This document shows, piece by piece, positions 34,057 through 42,394 of a DNA stretch of 60,047 nt. This DNA comes from Chitinophaga pinensis (GTDB taxonomy: Bacteria; Bacteroidota; Bacteroidia; CAMBQF01). The stretch is taken from NCBI GenBank assembly GCA_945869825.1, contig CAMBQF010000002.1, positions 1 through 60,047 on the forward strand, given 5' to 3'. The position numbers were made by a program, and so were the translations under genes. The notes under the pieces were generated by a model. The model was not told where the DNA came from, searched no databases, and was given only the letters and a program-made list of their open reading frames with translations. The first letter of the stretch is position 1; every line of letters begins with the position of its first letter.

Positions 34057-34491
34057 ATGAAGAAACATACCCACGGGAATGGAACCACGTTGCTGGAAAA
34101 CCACAAGTTGCGGATAACACCTGTACGCCAGCAGGTGTTGGGCTTATTTATGGGCAAGCCCCATGCCTTAAGCCATTCTGATATTGAGCAAATCCTTGTG
34201 GGTGACTTTGACCGTGTTACTATTTACCGCACTCTTACAGCATTTGTTGAAAAAGGGCTGGTGCATAAGATACCTGCTGAAAATGGTGTGGTACGTTACG
34301 CCCTTTGCAAAGATACCTGCAGTGAAGAAGCCCACCACCACAGCCATGTGCACTTTAACTGCGGTGCCTGCGGACAAACATTTTGCCTTGAGAATATTAG
34401 TGTGCCATCCATAACTTTACCGCAAGGCTATACGTTTACTGATATGAACTACCTGGCAACAGGTACCTGTAAAAACTGCAATAAAGTATAG
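34057..34491 (+). CDS. Fur-family metalloregulator (Fur/Zur/PerR-like)
   Basis: Winged-helix N domain (RITPVRQQVLGLF...HALSHSDI), a His cluster EEAHHHSHVHFNC, and CxxC pairs (CGACG, CKNC). Confidence 0.82.
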   Translation: MKKHTHGNGTTLLENHKLRITPVRQQVLGLFMGKPHALSHSDIEQILVGDFDRVTIYRTLTAFVEKGLVHKIPAENGVVRYALCKDTCSEEAHHHSHVHFNCGACGQTFCLENISVPSITLPQGYTFTDMNYLATGTCKNCNKV

Positions 34492-34759
34492 CAATAAAAA
34501 TTGGTTAATCATACCAGCAGTAGCATTTGCACTGGCTTGCAACAGCAGCAGCAAACCTACTGTTGAAGAGGACGCCAAAGTGGCGAAAGAAAGCGATTCT
34601 ATTGCTAATGCCGCCGATGATTTTTTGAACGATACTACGGCACAGGATACGGCGAAGAAAGAAGAAATAACTGAGAAGTATCTACTTTCTAACCACACTT
34701 TTTACCCCGTAATACTTTGCCAGGCTGCGATTGTACCAGTGGGTAGCACTGGTGTCTAA
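34481..34759 (+). CDS. candidate small lipoprotein ORF lacking a canonical start codon
   Basis: The frame reads (ATA)KYSNKNWLIIPAVAFALAC NSSSKPTVEEDAKVAKESDSIANAADDFLNDTTAQDTAKKEEITEK..., i.e. a textbook signal peptide with lipobox A-L-A-C. There is no in-frame ATG/GTG/TTG between the upstream stop (34445-34447) and the hydrophobic core. The stop is at 34757-34759, which overlaps the convergent gene by ~76 nt. Confidence 0.3.
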   Translation: MKYSNKNWLIIPAVAFALACNSSSKPTVEEDAKVAKESDSIANAADDFLNDTTAQDTAKKEEITEKYLLSNHTFYPVILCQAAIVPVGSTGV

Positions 34760-36031
34760 ATCCATGTGGAGGATGGTGTTGGGGTAATAAGTAAACCCAT
34801 CGAACACAATATTTCCTTTATTATCCGCTAATACTTTGTAGCGATTATCAACCTGCTGTTTATAGGTGCTCATATTAACCAAATCAGTAACGGCATAGCG
34901 CAGATTAGAGCGAAAACCAACATATACAAGGCTTGTAAAAACCACGGCATATTTCATTTTATTTTTATACCAACGAGAACCGAAATACGGTTTATAATAA
35001 ATAAGCAAAGCGGGTATATATAGTATACTAAAAGCAATAAACGCGTAATTAATTATTCGTAAAGGAATAAAATCCATTTCGAAAACCCAGTAGTACGGAA
35101 AGAGTATTAAAGGTATTACTCCCAGCGAACCGAAGAGCATATATTTAGCTCCCGTTTTAACTTGTTGTGATGGACGATAGCCGGGCGTTGCAATAGCCAG
35201 TATTATAACAATTACGACCGTAAATAAATTCAGCAGGAAAAAGTCTACTGCAATATCAAACGACTTAACAACAGTGCCAATAGCCAGGTTTAGCTTATGC
35301 ATAGCAAAGTCTTCAACCGGAGCGGCAAGCCCTTCGCTCCTGTGAAAATTACCCGGTGATAATAATCCAACCATTGAGAAAATCACCACCGATGTTAATA
35401 CTGCATAATAGTATTTCGGTAATTTTATTTTTCGTGTTATGTGGTATACAAATAGTGTTACTACAACCACCAGCATAAGTATTGCAGCCAACTCGCACGT
35501 ACCGGCAATAAAAACAGGCAGTATACACGCCATTAGTTTATTTTCTTTCATCAAAAAATAGCCCCAATAAAACATGCCTATTAACCCAATAGTGTATGAG
35601 TATGATGAACTGTACCAATAAACCAGCTCAGCCGTATTTGGCATTAGTAACCACCAATAGAGCAACATAATACCGGCTACCAATTTAGCCTGCACTATGC
35701 CCAAACGCTTAGCCCCTTCTTTAAAAAATAAAAAAGCCGAATGGTTAAACCCAATAAAAATTGCAAACACAAATACCCTGTATAACCAAAAGCTGTGGCT
35801 ACTTAAAGGATTTAATAAACCGGTAATTGCAATAGCTGTATAGCGCCCGCTTAAATGGGTATATCCCCAGTTTAAAAACTCTAAAAACGAGCGTGATTGT
35901 GTATCAATGAAGAAGGAATAATCATCTGAAACAGGATAGGTGAAAAATGCGAGTATGAAAAAAGGCAGTAGCCCAATGCCAAGCATCCCAAAGGGGAATT
36001 GCCTGCTATTGAGTATCTGCCTCCATTTCAT
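34682..36031 (-). CDS. polytopic integral membrane protein, possibly a GT-C-like glycosyltransferase
   Basis: About 12 hydrophobic helices, with an early acidic motif YPVSDDYSFF reminiscent of GT-C first-loop motifs. ATG at 36031 is preferred over the TTG at 36046. Confidence 0.6.
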   Translation of the reverse strand: MKWRQILNSRQFPFGMLGIGLLPFFILAFFTYPVSDDYSFFIDTQSRSFLEFLNWGYTHLSGRYTAIAITGLLNPLSSHSFWLYRVFVFAIFIGFNHSAFLFFKEGAKRLGIVQAKLVAGIMLLYWWLLMPNTAELVYWYSSSYSYTIGLIGMFYWGYFLMKENKLMACILPVFIAGTCELAAILMLVVVVTLFVYHITRKIKLPKYYYAVLTSVVIFSMVGLLSPGNFHRSEGLAAPVEDFAMHKLNLAIGTVVKSFDIAVDFFLLNLFTVVIVIILAIATPGYRPSQQVKTGAKYMLFGSLGVIPLILFPYYWVFEMDFIPLRIINYAFIAFSILYIPALLIYYKPYFGSRWYKNKMKYAVVFTSLVYVGFRSNLRYAVTDLVNMSTYKQQVDNRYKVLADNKGNIVFDGFTYYPNTILHMDLDTSATHWYNRSLAKYYGVKSVVRK

Positions 36032-36063
36032 GCGGGGAAAATACAAATTATATATACGCAGGC

Positions 36064-37674
36064 TTACTTGCCATTGCGTAGCACATCAACCGCTTTGCCA
36101 AAGGTTTTATCGTTTTTGTGCAGGGTACGGTAAACCGCCTCGCTGCCACCTACCGAACGGCCTATAATGGCTTTCATGTTTTCTTTGATAAGGAACGATG
36201 AACGTTGCAATTGGAAAGTGTTTACAGGTACCCCTTTGCTTACGCCATAGTTTACCAAGTCGTTCAGCATGGCATCATCAACCACAAAACCATCGGCATA
36301 GGTTTTAGCGTTGGGGTAACGGGCCTTTAACGAAGCACGGTTTTTATCTACATAGTTCAGGGCAAAATCGTTGATAAGGCCTTTGCTGCTTAATGCGGTG
36401 TAGTATGGGGTAAACCCTGTAGTATCCAGCGGCACAAAAATATCGGGCATAATGCCACCACCGCCATAAACTACTTTGCCTTTAGGGGTGCGGAAAATGT
36501 TTTTCTTATCCAGTTTTACACTGTCTACATTCTCCAACTCACCAGTATCAAAACGTTTGCTTACCTCATCGTAATAATCTTCGGAACCAGGTAAAAATGG
36601 CTTTTGAATGCTGCGACCTGTTGGGGTATAGTAGCGTGCTATGGTCAGGCGCAGTGCCGAACCGTCTTTTAACTCCTGCTGGTGCTGCACCAGCCCTTTG
36701 CCAAAGGTACGGCGGCCTATAATGGTTGCCCTATCGTTATCTTGCACGGCACCTGCTACAATCTCGCTTGCCGATGCTGAGCCTTCATCAACCAAGATAA
36801 CAAGCGGGCTGCTTTCAAACACGCCACGACTGGTAGCAAAATTATCTTTACGCGGGTAGCTGCGGCCTTCGGTATATACAATTAGTTTCCCTTTGCTTAA
36901 AAACTCGTCGGCAATGTCAATAGATACATCCAGCAATCCACCGGGGTTGTCGCGCAGGTCGAAGATTAGTTTCTTCATGCCCTGACCTTGCAGGGTGGTA
37001 AATGCATCAATAAACTCGTTGTAGCTGGTCTCTGCAAAGCGGGTTAGGCGTATATAGCCAATATCGCCATCTACCATATAGGCTGTTTCAATACTATGGA
37101 TAGGTATTTTGCCACGGGTGATTGTAAACTCGAGCGGCTTTTTCATATTCCCTGCACGTACAATACCTACACGCACCTTAGTGCCCCTGTCGCCACGCAG
37201 TTTTTTAATTACATCTTCGTTCTTGATGCCTTTGGAGGCTACGTTTTCGTCTTCTATTTTAACAATACGGTCGCCGGCACGTATGCCTACCTTATCAGAA
37301 GGGCCACCTGCAATGGCTGCTACAACCCAAATAGTATCGCGCTGTATGTTGAACTCTACACCTATACCCTCAAAGTTGCCTTCCATCGACTCGTTAACAC
37401 CTTTTAAATCTTCGGCCGGAATGTAGCCTGAGTGAGGGTCGAGGTGAGGAAGCAATAGGGTTAGGGCAAGCTCTGTAAGCCTTTTCTTGCTAATGGTATC
37501 TACATACTCATCGTGTATATAATCAATAACGGTTTCGAACTTTCCGCTGCCGCTACCGGAAGAAAAAACACCTCCGCCGCCGGGAGATAATTGGGTACCT
37601 AAAAAGATGCCTACCAGCAACACGGTCGCAAAGGCTAAAGGCAGGTAAATATAGGGCGAACGATTTTTAATCAT
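36064..37674 (-). CDS. S41 family carboxy-terminal processing peptidase
   Basis: PDZ-like segment (GIGVEFN...GGPSDKVGIRAGDRIVKI), catalytic Ser context LVDEGSASASEI, and Lys region RRTFGKGLVQ. Start at MIKNRSPYIY with an N-terminal TM anchor. Confidence 0.88.
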   Translation of the reverse strand: MIKNRSPYIYLPLAFATVLLVGIFLGTQLSPGGGGVFSSGSGSGKFETVIDYIHDEYVDTISKKRLTELALTLLLPHLDPHSGYIPAEDLKGVNESMEGNFEGIGVEFNIQRDTIWVVAAIAGGPSDKVGIRAGDRIVKIEDENVASKGIKNEDVIKKLRGDRGTKVRVGIVRAGNMKKPLEFTITRGKIPIHSIETAYMVDGDIGYIRLTRFAETSYNEFIDAFTTLQGQGMKKLIFDLRDNPGGLLDVSIDIADEFLSKGKLIVYTEGRSYPRKDNFATSRGVFESSPLVILVDEGSASASEIVAGAVQDNDRATIIGRRTFGKGLVQHQQELKDGSALRLTIARYYTPTGRSIQKPFLPGSEDYYDEVSKRFDTGELENVDSVKLDKKNIFRTPKGKVVYGGGGIMPDIFVPLDTTGFTPYYTALSSKGLINDFALNYVDKNRASLKARYPNAKTYADGFVVDDAMLNDLVNYGVSKGVPVNTFQLQRSSFLIKENMKAIIGRSVGGSEAVYRTLHKNDKTFGKAVDVLRNGK

Positions 37675-37678
37675 ATTG

Positions 37679-37686
37679 CAAATATA
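37679..37686 (-). promoter_or_regulatory. -7 promoter box TATATTTG, S41 peptidase gene
   Basis: Exact consensus match on the minus strand, 4 nt upstream of ATG 37674. Confidence 0.5.
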
Positions 37687-38086
37687 ACGGCATTTGTGAT
37701 GGGGCAAATTAAATTATTAAGCCAATGCCTGTTAAGTATTTAAACTGAGAAACGATATTTATGTTTTAATAAATTTCACCTAATCGCCTTACGCTTTGAA
37801 GGTGAGTATATCCTTCAACATGTGACTATTATCTACCAGAGTTATTAAGGGTTATAAGCTATTATGATAACTTTTGGGGCATTTAGAAATAAAGGAGCGC
37901 GGCTCTGTGTTAAAAACAATGGTGTTGGAGTTGCAAAAATGTGTTAGGAATGGAAGTGGCAGTCCCGAATGAAATGAGAGCTATAACGGACAACCATGCC
38001 CAACCGATGAGGGAACGCACTAAAATAATACATATACTAAAAGGTTTAACTCTTTATAACTTAGGCAAAAGGCCGATAACCATTGA

Positions 38087-38110
38087 TATCAGCATTACTA
38101 TCAGCATTAC
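38087..38110. repeat. exact 12-bp tandem duplication TATCAGCATTAC x2
   Basis: Read directly. Lies within the long AT-rich non-coding gap. Confidence 0.8.
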
Positions 38111-38342
38111 AATGAAGACCATATTATGGTGTTTTAAGATTAGTTGGTATTTACTTAGTATGCATATGATGCATAATTATTACAAAAAGTTACAGATAAT
38201 TGTGCATTTTTTCAAAAATATTTAAATATTGGTTTGGCTCCCTTACTGCAATAGTTTAATTAACTAAGAATACAGGAAAATGTTGAACGATTTACAATAT
38301 TGTTTTTTTTTATCCGTCAACCCTAACATAAAGCGATAAAAA

Positions 38343-38906
38343 GTGGAAATTGCAACGGTGGCTATACAGCGTGAAAAAAAAGTATCAGAATGGTTTGCCA
38401 GCTACGGCAAACGGCTGCTATCTTTTATAAGCAAACGTGTTAGCGATATTGATGAGGCCGAAGATATCGCGCAAGACGTTTGGCTTCAGGTAAGCCGACA
38501 CCCTAACATTGACGATATTGAGGAGATTGGCAGCTGGTTATTTACATCGGCACGCAACAGGGTTATTGACAGCTACCGCAAAAAACGCCCGGTAACCATG
38601 AACAAACTCGTGATGCATAACGAGGATGGTGAAGAAGGTAGCCCCGACGAATTTTACTTTGACCAATGGGCAGAACATACCCTGCCCGACCGTACAGTGG
38701 AGAGCAAGGAGTTTTGGAGAGAGCTGTATAAGGTATTGGACACTATCCCCCAGGAACAGCGGGATGTGTTTATCGCTAATGAGTTGTACGACATCAGTTT
38801 TAAAGAGATGGCTGAAGAAAGTGGCCTATCTATAAACACCCTGCTGGCGCGTAAAAGGTACGCGGTGTTGCACCTGCGTAAGCATTTTGAAAAATGGAGA
38901 AAGTAG
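38343..38906 (+). CDS. ECF-subfamily sigma-70 factor
   Basis: Region 2 (AEDIAQDVWLQV...SWLFTSARNRVIDSYRKK) and region 4 (QRDVFIANELYDISFKEMAEESGLSINTLLARKRYAV). GTG start; GTG at 38361 is also possible. Confidence 0.82.
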   Translation: MEIATVAIQREKKVSEWFASYGKRLLSFISKRVSDIDEAEDIAQDVWLQVSRHPNIDDIEEIGSWLFTSARNRVIDSYRKKRPVTMNKLVMHNEDGEEGSPDEFYFDQWAEHTLPDRTVESKEFWRELYKVLDTIPQEQRDVFIANELYDISFKEMAEESGLSINTLLARKRYAVLHLRKHFEKWRK

Positions 38907-38943
38907 TATTATTAAAACAAGACAAGTAAAAAATTATAAGGAT

Positions 38944-39321
38944 ATGAAAGCAAAATGGATTGTTAAAGCCATAGTAGGCGGCCTGTTATTTGTAGCCGCA
39001 ATGGGCTTGGTAACTATGTGGCTTTGGAACGCACTGGCAATTGACTTATTTGGCGCCCCTGAAATAAATGTATGGCAAGCTTTAGGGCTGCTGGTGCTGG
39101 GCCGTCTGCTAACAGGAGGTTTTGGCGGGCACCACAAAGGTGGCTGGGGCGAACACTGGAAACAGAAACGTATGAAAGAGCATATGATGAAGGAGCGTTG
39201 GGGTAGCATGAATGACCAGGAGCGTAAGGAGTTTATGGAGAACTGGAAAAAGCGCAACTATTGCGGCCCGTTTGAAATGAAGGACAATGAAGAGAAGCGT
39301 AATATTGAAACGGCAGATTAA
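38944..39321 (+). CDS. small membrane protein downstream of the ECF sigma gene (possible anti-sigma or partner)
   Basis: Two TM helices (AIVGGLLFVAAMGLVTMWLW, ALGLLVLGRLLTGGF) followed by a basic His/Trp/Lys-rich tail (GGHHKGGWGEHWKQKRMKEHMMKERW). A hairpin terminator follows. Confidence 0.55.
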   Translation: MKAKWIVKAIVGGLLFVAAMGLVTMWLWNALAIDLFGAPEINVWQALGLLVLGRLLTGGFGGHHKGGWGEHWKQKRMKEHMMKERWGSMNDQERKEFMENWKKRNYCGPFEMKDNEEKRNIETAD

Positions 39322-39346
39322 AGTAGATTTGTGATTAATAGGTTTT

Positions 39347-39379
39347 AAGCCGCGGTATAAGAGTATCGCGGCTTTTTTG
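39347..39379 (+). terminator. rho-independent terminator after the ECF sigma / small membrane protein pair
   Basis: AAGCCGCG-GTATAAGAGTAT-CGCGGCTT followed by TTTTGT. Confidence 0.75.
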
Positions 39380-39391
39380 TTTCTTTAAGGT

Positions 39392-39868
39392 ATGAAGTTT
39401 GAGTTAAAGGCTTGGTTTATTTATTTAGGTATGCTGTTTTCGCTGGTGTATTTTGCTGTGGAGATTGCTGTTGCAAATAATATTTTTTTTAACCGCAGGT
39501 ATCAAACCTGGAATGACACCACGTTTAAAGAATCGTTGGCGGTTTTCTATTCGCTAACAGATACAATATATAGTGGCAGTACAATTGCTAGTTTGTCTTT
39601 TCTTGCACTAGCAAACATCTATTTTTGGCAAAAAAGGAAAGGATATTTTTTTCTTTTAACCATACTTTATGTTGCCATAACCAGCAGTGTTTATTATTGG
39701 TTGATGGAGAAAGTATTTATCCTGAAAAAGCAAAACAATATTTGGGATGGGGGCTTTTCTTTAAACTATTTCGCCCCTGTGGTTATTACCATACTATTTG
39801 CTTTGGGTGTGTTGGTTAACTACATCACCATTAAGTATTTGCACAAGCAGAAAATGAAAACGGCATAA
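39392..39868 (+). CDS. hypothetical membrane protein (4 TM helices)
   Basis: 158-aa ORF with four hydrophobic helices. No family recognised. Confidence 0.5.
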   Translation: MKFELKAWFIYLGMLFSLVYFAVEIAVANNIFFNRRYQTWNDTTFKESLAVFYSLTDTIYSGSTIASLSFLALANIYFWQKRKGYFFLLTILYVAITSSVYYWLMEKVFILKKQNNIWDGGFSLNYFAPVVITILFALGVLVNYITIKYLHKQKMKTA

Positions 39869-39873
39869 ACTCC

Positions 39874-39881
39874 TATATTTG
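39874..39881 (+). promoter_or_regulatory. -7 promoter box TATATTTG, wecB
   Basis: Exact consensus match, 8 nt upstream of ATG 39890. Confidence 0.5.
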
Positions 39882-39889
39882 CAAGGCAT

Positions 39890-41050
39890 ATGCAACAAAT
39901 AAAACTGGTAACAATAATAGGGGCGCGCCCACAGATAATTAAGGCTGCGGCGTTAAGTAGGGCTATACGCAATCATTTTGCTGAGAGTATAACGGAAGTA
40001 ATTGTGCACACAGGGCAGCATTACGACGAAAGTATGTCGGCGGTGTTTTTTGAGGAGCTTGGGGTACCTAAAGAAGACTACAACCTGAATGTGGGCTCTA
40101 AAAGTCATGGCCACCAAACAGGTGCTATGCTTGCGGGAATTGAAGATATATTGCTGAAAGAAAAACCCGATGCGCTTGTTGTATATGGCGATACCAATTC
40201 TACGCTTGCCGGGGCGTTGGCAGCGGCTAAACTTTTAATACCAGTAATACATATTGAGGCGGGGTTGCGCTCTTTTAACAAAACGATGCCCGAAGAGATA
40301 AACCGCATTACGGCCGACCATGTTAGTACCTTATTGTTTTCGCCTACTACAGCGGGTTTTTTAAACCTGGTGCGCGAAGGATTTTTACCTGCCAACGAAG
40401 GCCCGTTTACGGCAGACAACCCCAACATATACCATAGCGGAGATTTGATGTTGGATAACAGCCTGTATTTTGGTGAAGTATCGGGCAAGAAAAGCACCCT
40501 GCTTAAACAGCTTGACATAGAAGAAAGCCCCTTTGTTTTGGCTACAATACACCGCAATGCCAACACCGACGATGCGGGGAGGCTATCAGCGCTGTTCTTG
40601 GCGTTGAACAACATTAGTGTTGAGAATAACCTGACTATAGTGTTGCCCCTGCACCCGCGTACCCGCAAAATGCTGGATACGCATTTGCAACCCGAAGCAA
40701 AAGCATCTGTTGAAAAGAATGCCCGTTTAATTATTACTGAACCGGTGGGATTTTTGGATATGATAGCGTTGGAGAAGAATGCTAAGATGATAATAACTGA
40801 TAGTGGCGGGGTGCAAAAAGAGGCGTACTTTTTTAATAAGCCGTGCATAATACTACGCCCGGAAACCGAGTGGGTGGAGATTGTTGAAGGAGGTGCCGCT
40901 ATTTTGGTTGATGCCGATTATGGGCGGACAATGAAAGCTTTTGCAGATTTGAAAGACAAAGCAATAGATTATAAGCCTATTTTTGGTGATGGAAAAGCGG
41001 CTGAATTTATTTGTGGAGAAATAGTAAAACACATTAAACCCCGCAAATAA
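39890..41050 (+). CDS. wecB: UDP-N-acetylglucosamine 2-epimerase (non-hydrolysing)
   Basis: GARPQIIKAA, HTGQHYD, YGDTNSTLAGALAA, HIEAGLRS and DSGGVQKEA motifs. Confidence 0.9.
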   Translation: MQQIKLVTIIGARPQIIKAAALSRAIRNHFAESITEVIVHTGQHYDESMSAVFFEELGVPKEDYNLNVGSKSHGHQTGAMLAGIEDILLKEKPDALVVYGDTNSTLAGALAAAKLLIPVIHIEAGLRSFNKTMPEEINRITADHVSTLLFSPTTAGFLNLVREGFLPANEGPFTADNPNIYHSGDLMLDNSLYFGEVSGKKSTLLKQLDIEESPFVLATIHRNANTDDAGRLSALFLALNNISVENNLTIVLPLHPRTRKMLDTHLQPEAKASVEKNARLIITEPVGFLDMIALEKNAKMIITDSGGVQKEAYFFNKPCIILRPETEWVEIVEGGAAILVDADYGRTMKAFADLKDKAIDYKPIFGDGKAAEFICGEIVKHIKPRK

Positions 41051-41071
41051 AAAACAATTTAATTTGCACAT

Positions 41072-41452
41072 ATGAGATTATTAATAAAGATATTTTTATC
41101 GGGTGTGGCTGCTTTTTTAACAGGTATGCTATTACACCCACACGTAAGGATTGGTTATGGGGACAAACCCGACTTTTTACTGTCGTTATTTTTGGCTATT
41201 GTATTATCATTTTTAAATACATTTTTAAAGCCTTTGCTGCTAATACTAACCATACCTATTACAGTGTTTACGTTTGGCATATTCCTTCTGTTTATTAATG
41301 CGATAATACTATACATTGCAACATTGATATTGCCAGAGTTTCAAATAGATAGTTTGTGGTGGGCTATATTGTTCAGCTTAATATTAAGTATCATCACATC
41401 GTTACTAGAAAGCATTTTAGGCACCAAAAAACGCAACCTGCCCAACGAGTAA
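41072..41452 (+). CDS. small 4-TM membrane protein (phage-holin-4_2 / YvlD-like family)
   Basis: 126 aa. KPLLLILTIPITVFTFGIFLLFINAIILYIA is typical of the family. Confidence 0.5.
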   Translation: MRLLIKIFLSGVAAFLTGMLLHPHVRIGYGDKPDFLLSLFLAIVLSFLNTFLKPLLLILTIPITVFTFGIFLLFINAIILYIATLILPEFQIDSLWWAILFSLILSIITSLLESILGTKKRNLPNE

Positions 41453-41458
41453 ACCCGG

Positions 41459-42334
41459 ATGGAAATATACAACCACAAAGACTGGCTTAGTATTTTCAGG
41501 GTAACACGCTCTGATACCGCCTGGAAACTTGCCCCTCTAATTTTTGCAACCGCAGCCTATACCCTTATTATTGTATTGGTTGAAGTGCATTATATGCACT
41601 TGGCAGAAACCAATTGGATAAAGAACATACCAATAATGCATACCTTGCTTGGTTTTGCCATATCTATGCTGTTGGTTTTCCGAACCAATACTGCGTACGA
41701 CCGTTGGTGGGAAGGGCGCAAACTTTGGGGCGCATTGGTAAACAACAGTCGTAACCTGGCTATGAAGCTGGATGCTATATTAGATGCGAATGATAAAGAA
41801 AACCGCGAATTTTTTAGAAAGACGATAGCGCTTTATGCTAACGCGCTGCGCAGGCATTTGCAACTAGAGAGTACGCGGGTGATGCTTGACGAGCTTGAAC
41901 ACCCCGAACTGACCAGCCTTGACCTATCGAAACACCTGCCCAACCAGATTGCAGCGCTTATGTTTAAGCGCATTAACAAGCTGCATAGAGAGGGTAAAAT
42001 AAGCGCTGAACAGTTGATTAATATTAATGCAGAACTAACATCGTTTACCGATATATGCGGCGCCTGCGAGCGGATTAAAAACACGCCTATCCCGTACTCC
42101 TACAGTTCTTTTATTAAGAAATTTATTTTTATGTATGTGGCTACGCTGCCGTTTGGTTTTGCAGTATCGATGGGGTATTACGCGGTGATGGTTGTGGCTT
42201 TCATATTCTATGTTTTAGCTAGCCTTGAGCTGGTAGCTGAAGAGATTGAAGACCCGTTTGGGTTTGATGCCAACGACTTGCCTATGCAGAAGATTGCAGA
42301 CAATATTAAGAAGCATGTTGGGGAGTTAATCTGA
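41459..42334 (+). CDS. bestrophin-family (YneE/UPF0187) anion channel homologue
   Basis: FRTNTAYDRWWEGRKLWG and IEDPFG motifs, with a four-TM layout. Confidence 0.75.
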   Translation: MEIYNHKDWLSIFRVTRSDTAWKLAPLIFATAAYTLIIVLVEVHYMHLAETNWIKNIPIMHTLLGFAISMLLVFRTNTAYDRWWEGRKLWGALVNNSRNLAMKLDAILDANDKENREFFRKTIALYANALRRHLQLESTRVMLDELEHPELTSLDLSKHLPNQIAALMFKRINKLHREGKISAEQLININAELTSFTDICGACERIKNTPIPYSYSSFIKKFIFMYVATLPFGFAVSMGYYAVMVVAFIFYVLASLELVAEEIEDPFGFDANDLPMQKIADNIKKHVGELI

Positions 42335-42394
42335 CATATGACAATTAATATCTATCAGAATTGACTGTTGGATATTAGATATAATCTATCAGAT

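Noticed and set aside
34417-34698. A 93-aa minus-strand ORF in the gap between the Fur-family gene and the membrane-protein gene.
   Set aside because: It overlaps the Fur-family gene 3' end and is antisense to a far more convincing lipoprotein-like frame. It has low-complexity Ser/Ala/Leu composition.
37941-38225. A 94-aa plus-strand ORF in the AT-rich gap.
   Set aside because: It uses AT-rich, Ile/Lys/Asn-biased codons, has no recognisable features or promoter context, and contains the 12-bp tandem duplication. It is more likely non-coding.
38280-38342. A search for an ECF-type autoregulated promoter (GAAC ... CGT) upstream of the sigma gene.
   Set aside because: GAAC at 38285-38288 and CGTC near 38315 are about 26 nt apart, too far for the usual 16-17-nt ECF spacer.
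40105-40848. Long antisense ORFs opposite well-supported genes: 247 aa opposite wecB, plus 10967..11500 opposite the cysteine desulfurase gene, 24292..24897 opposite the Sua5-type gene, 45912..46388 opposite the hydrolase gene and 43286..43651 opposite the SSS transporter gene.
   Set aside because: Each is fully embedded in a gene with diagnostic motifs on the other strand, and none shows recognisable motifs of its own.
42335-42394. A convergent intergenic gap with a 10-bp direct repeat (ATCTATCAGA at 42350 and 42384), a 7-bp inverted repeat (ATATCTA/TAGATAT) and a weak period-7 pattern after the SSS transporter stop (ATCTGAT AGATTAT ATCTAAT ATCCAAC AGTCAAT).
   Set aside because: The periodic signal rests on single A/T positions in an AT-rich tract and could be chance. 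I do not count it as a member of the heptad-array family, although it is worth including in a genome-wide scan.
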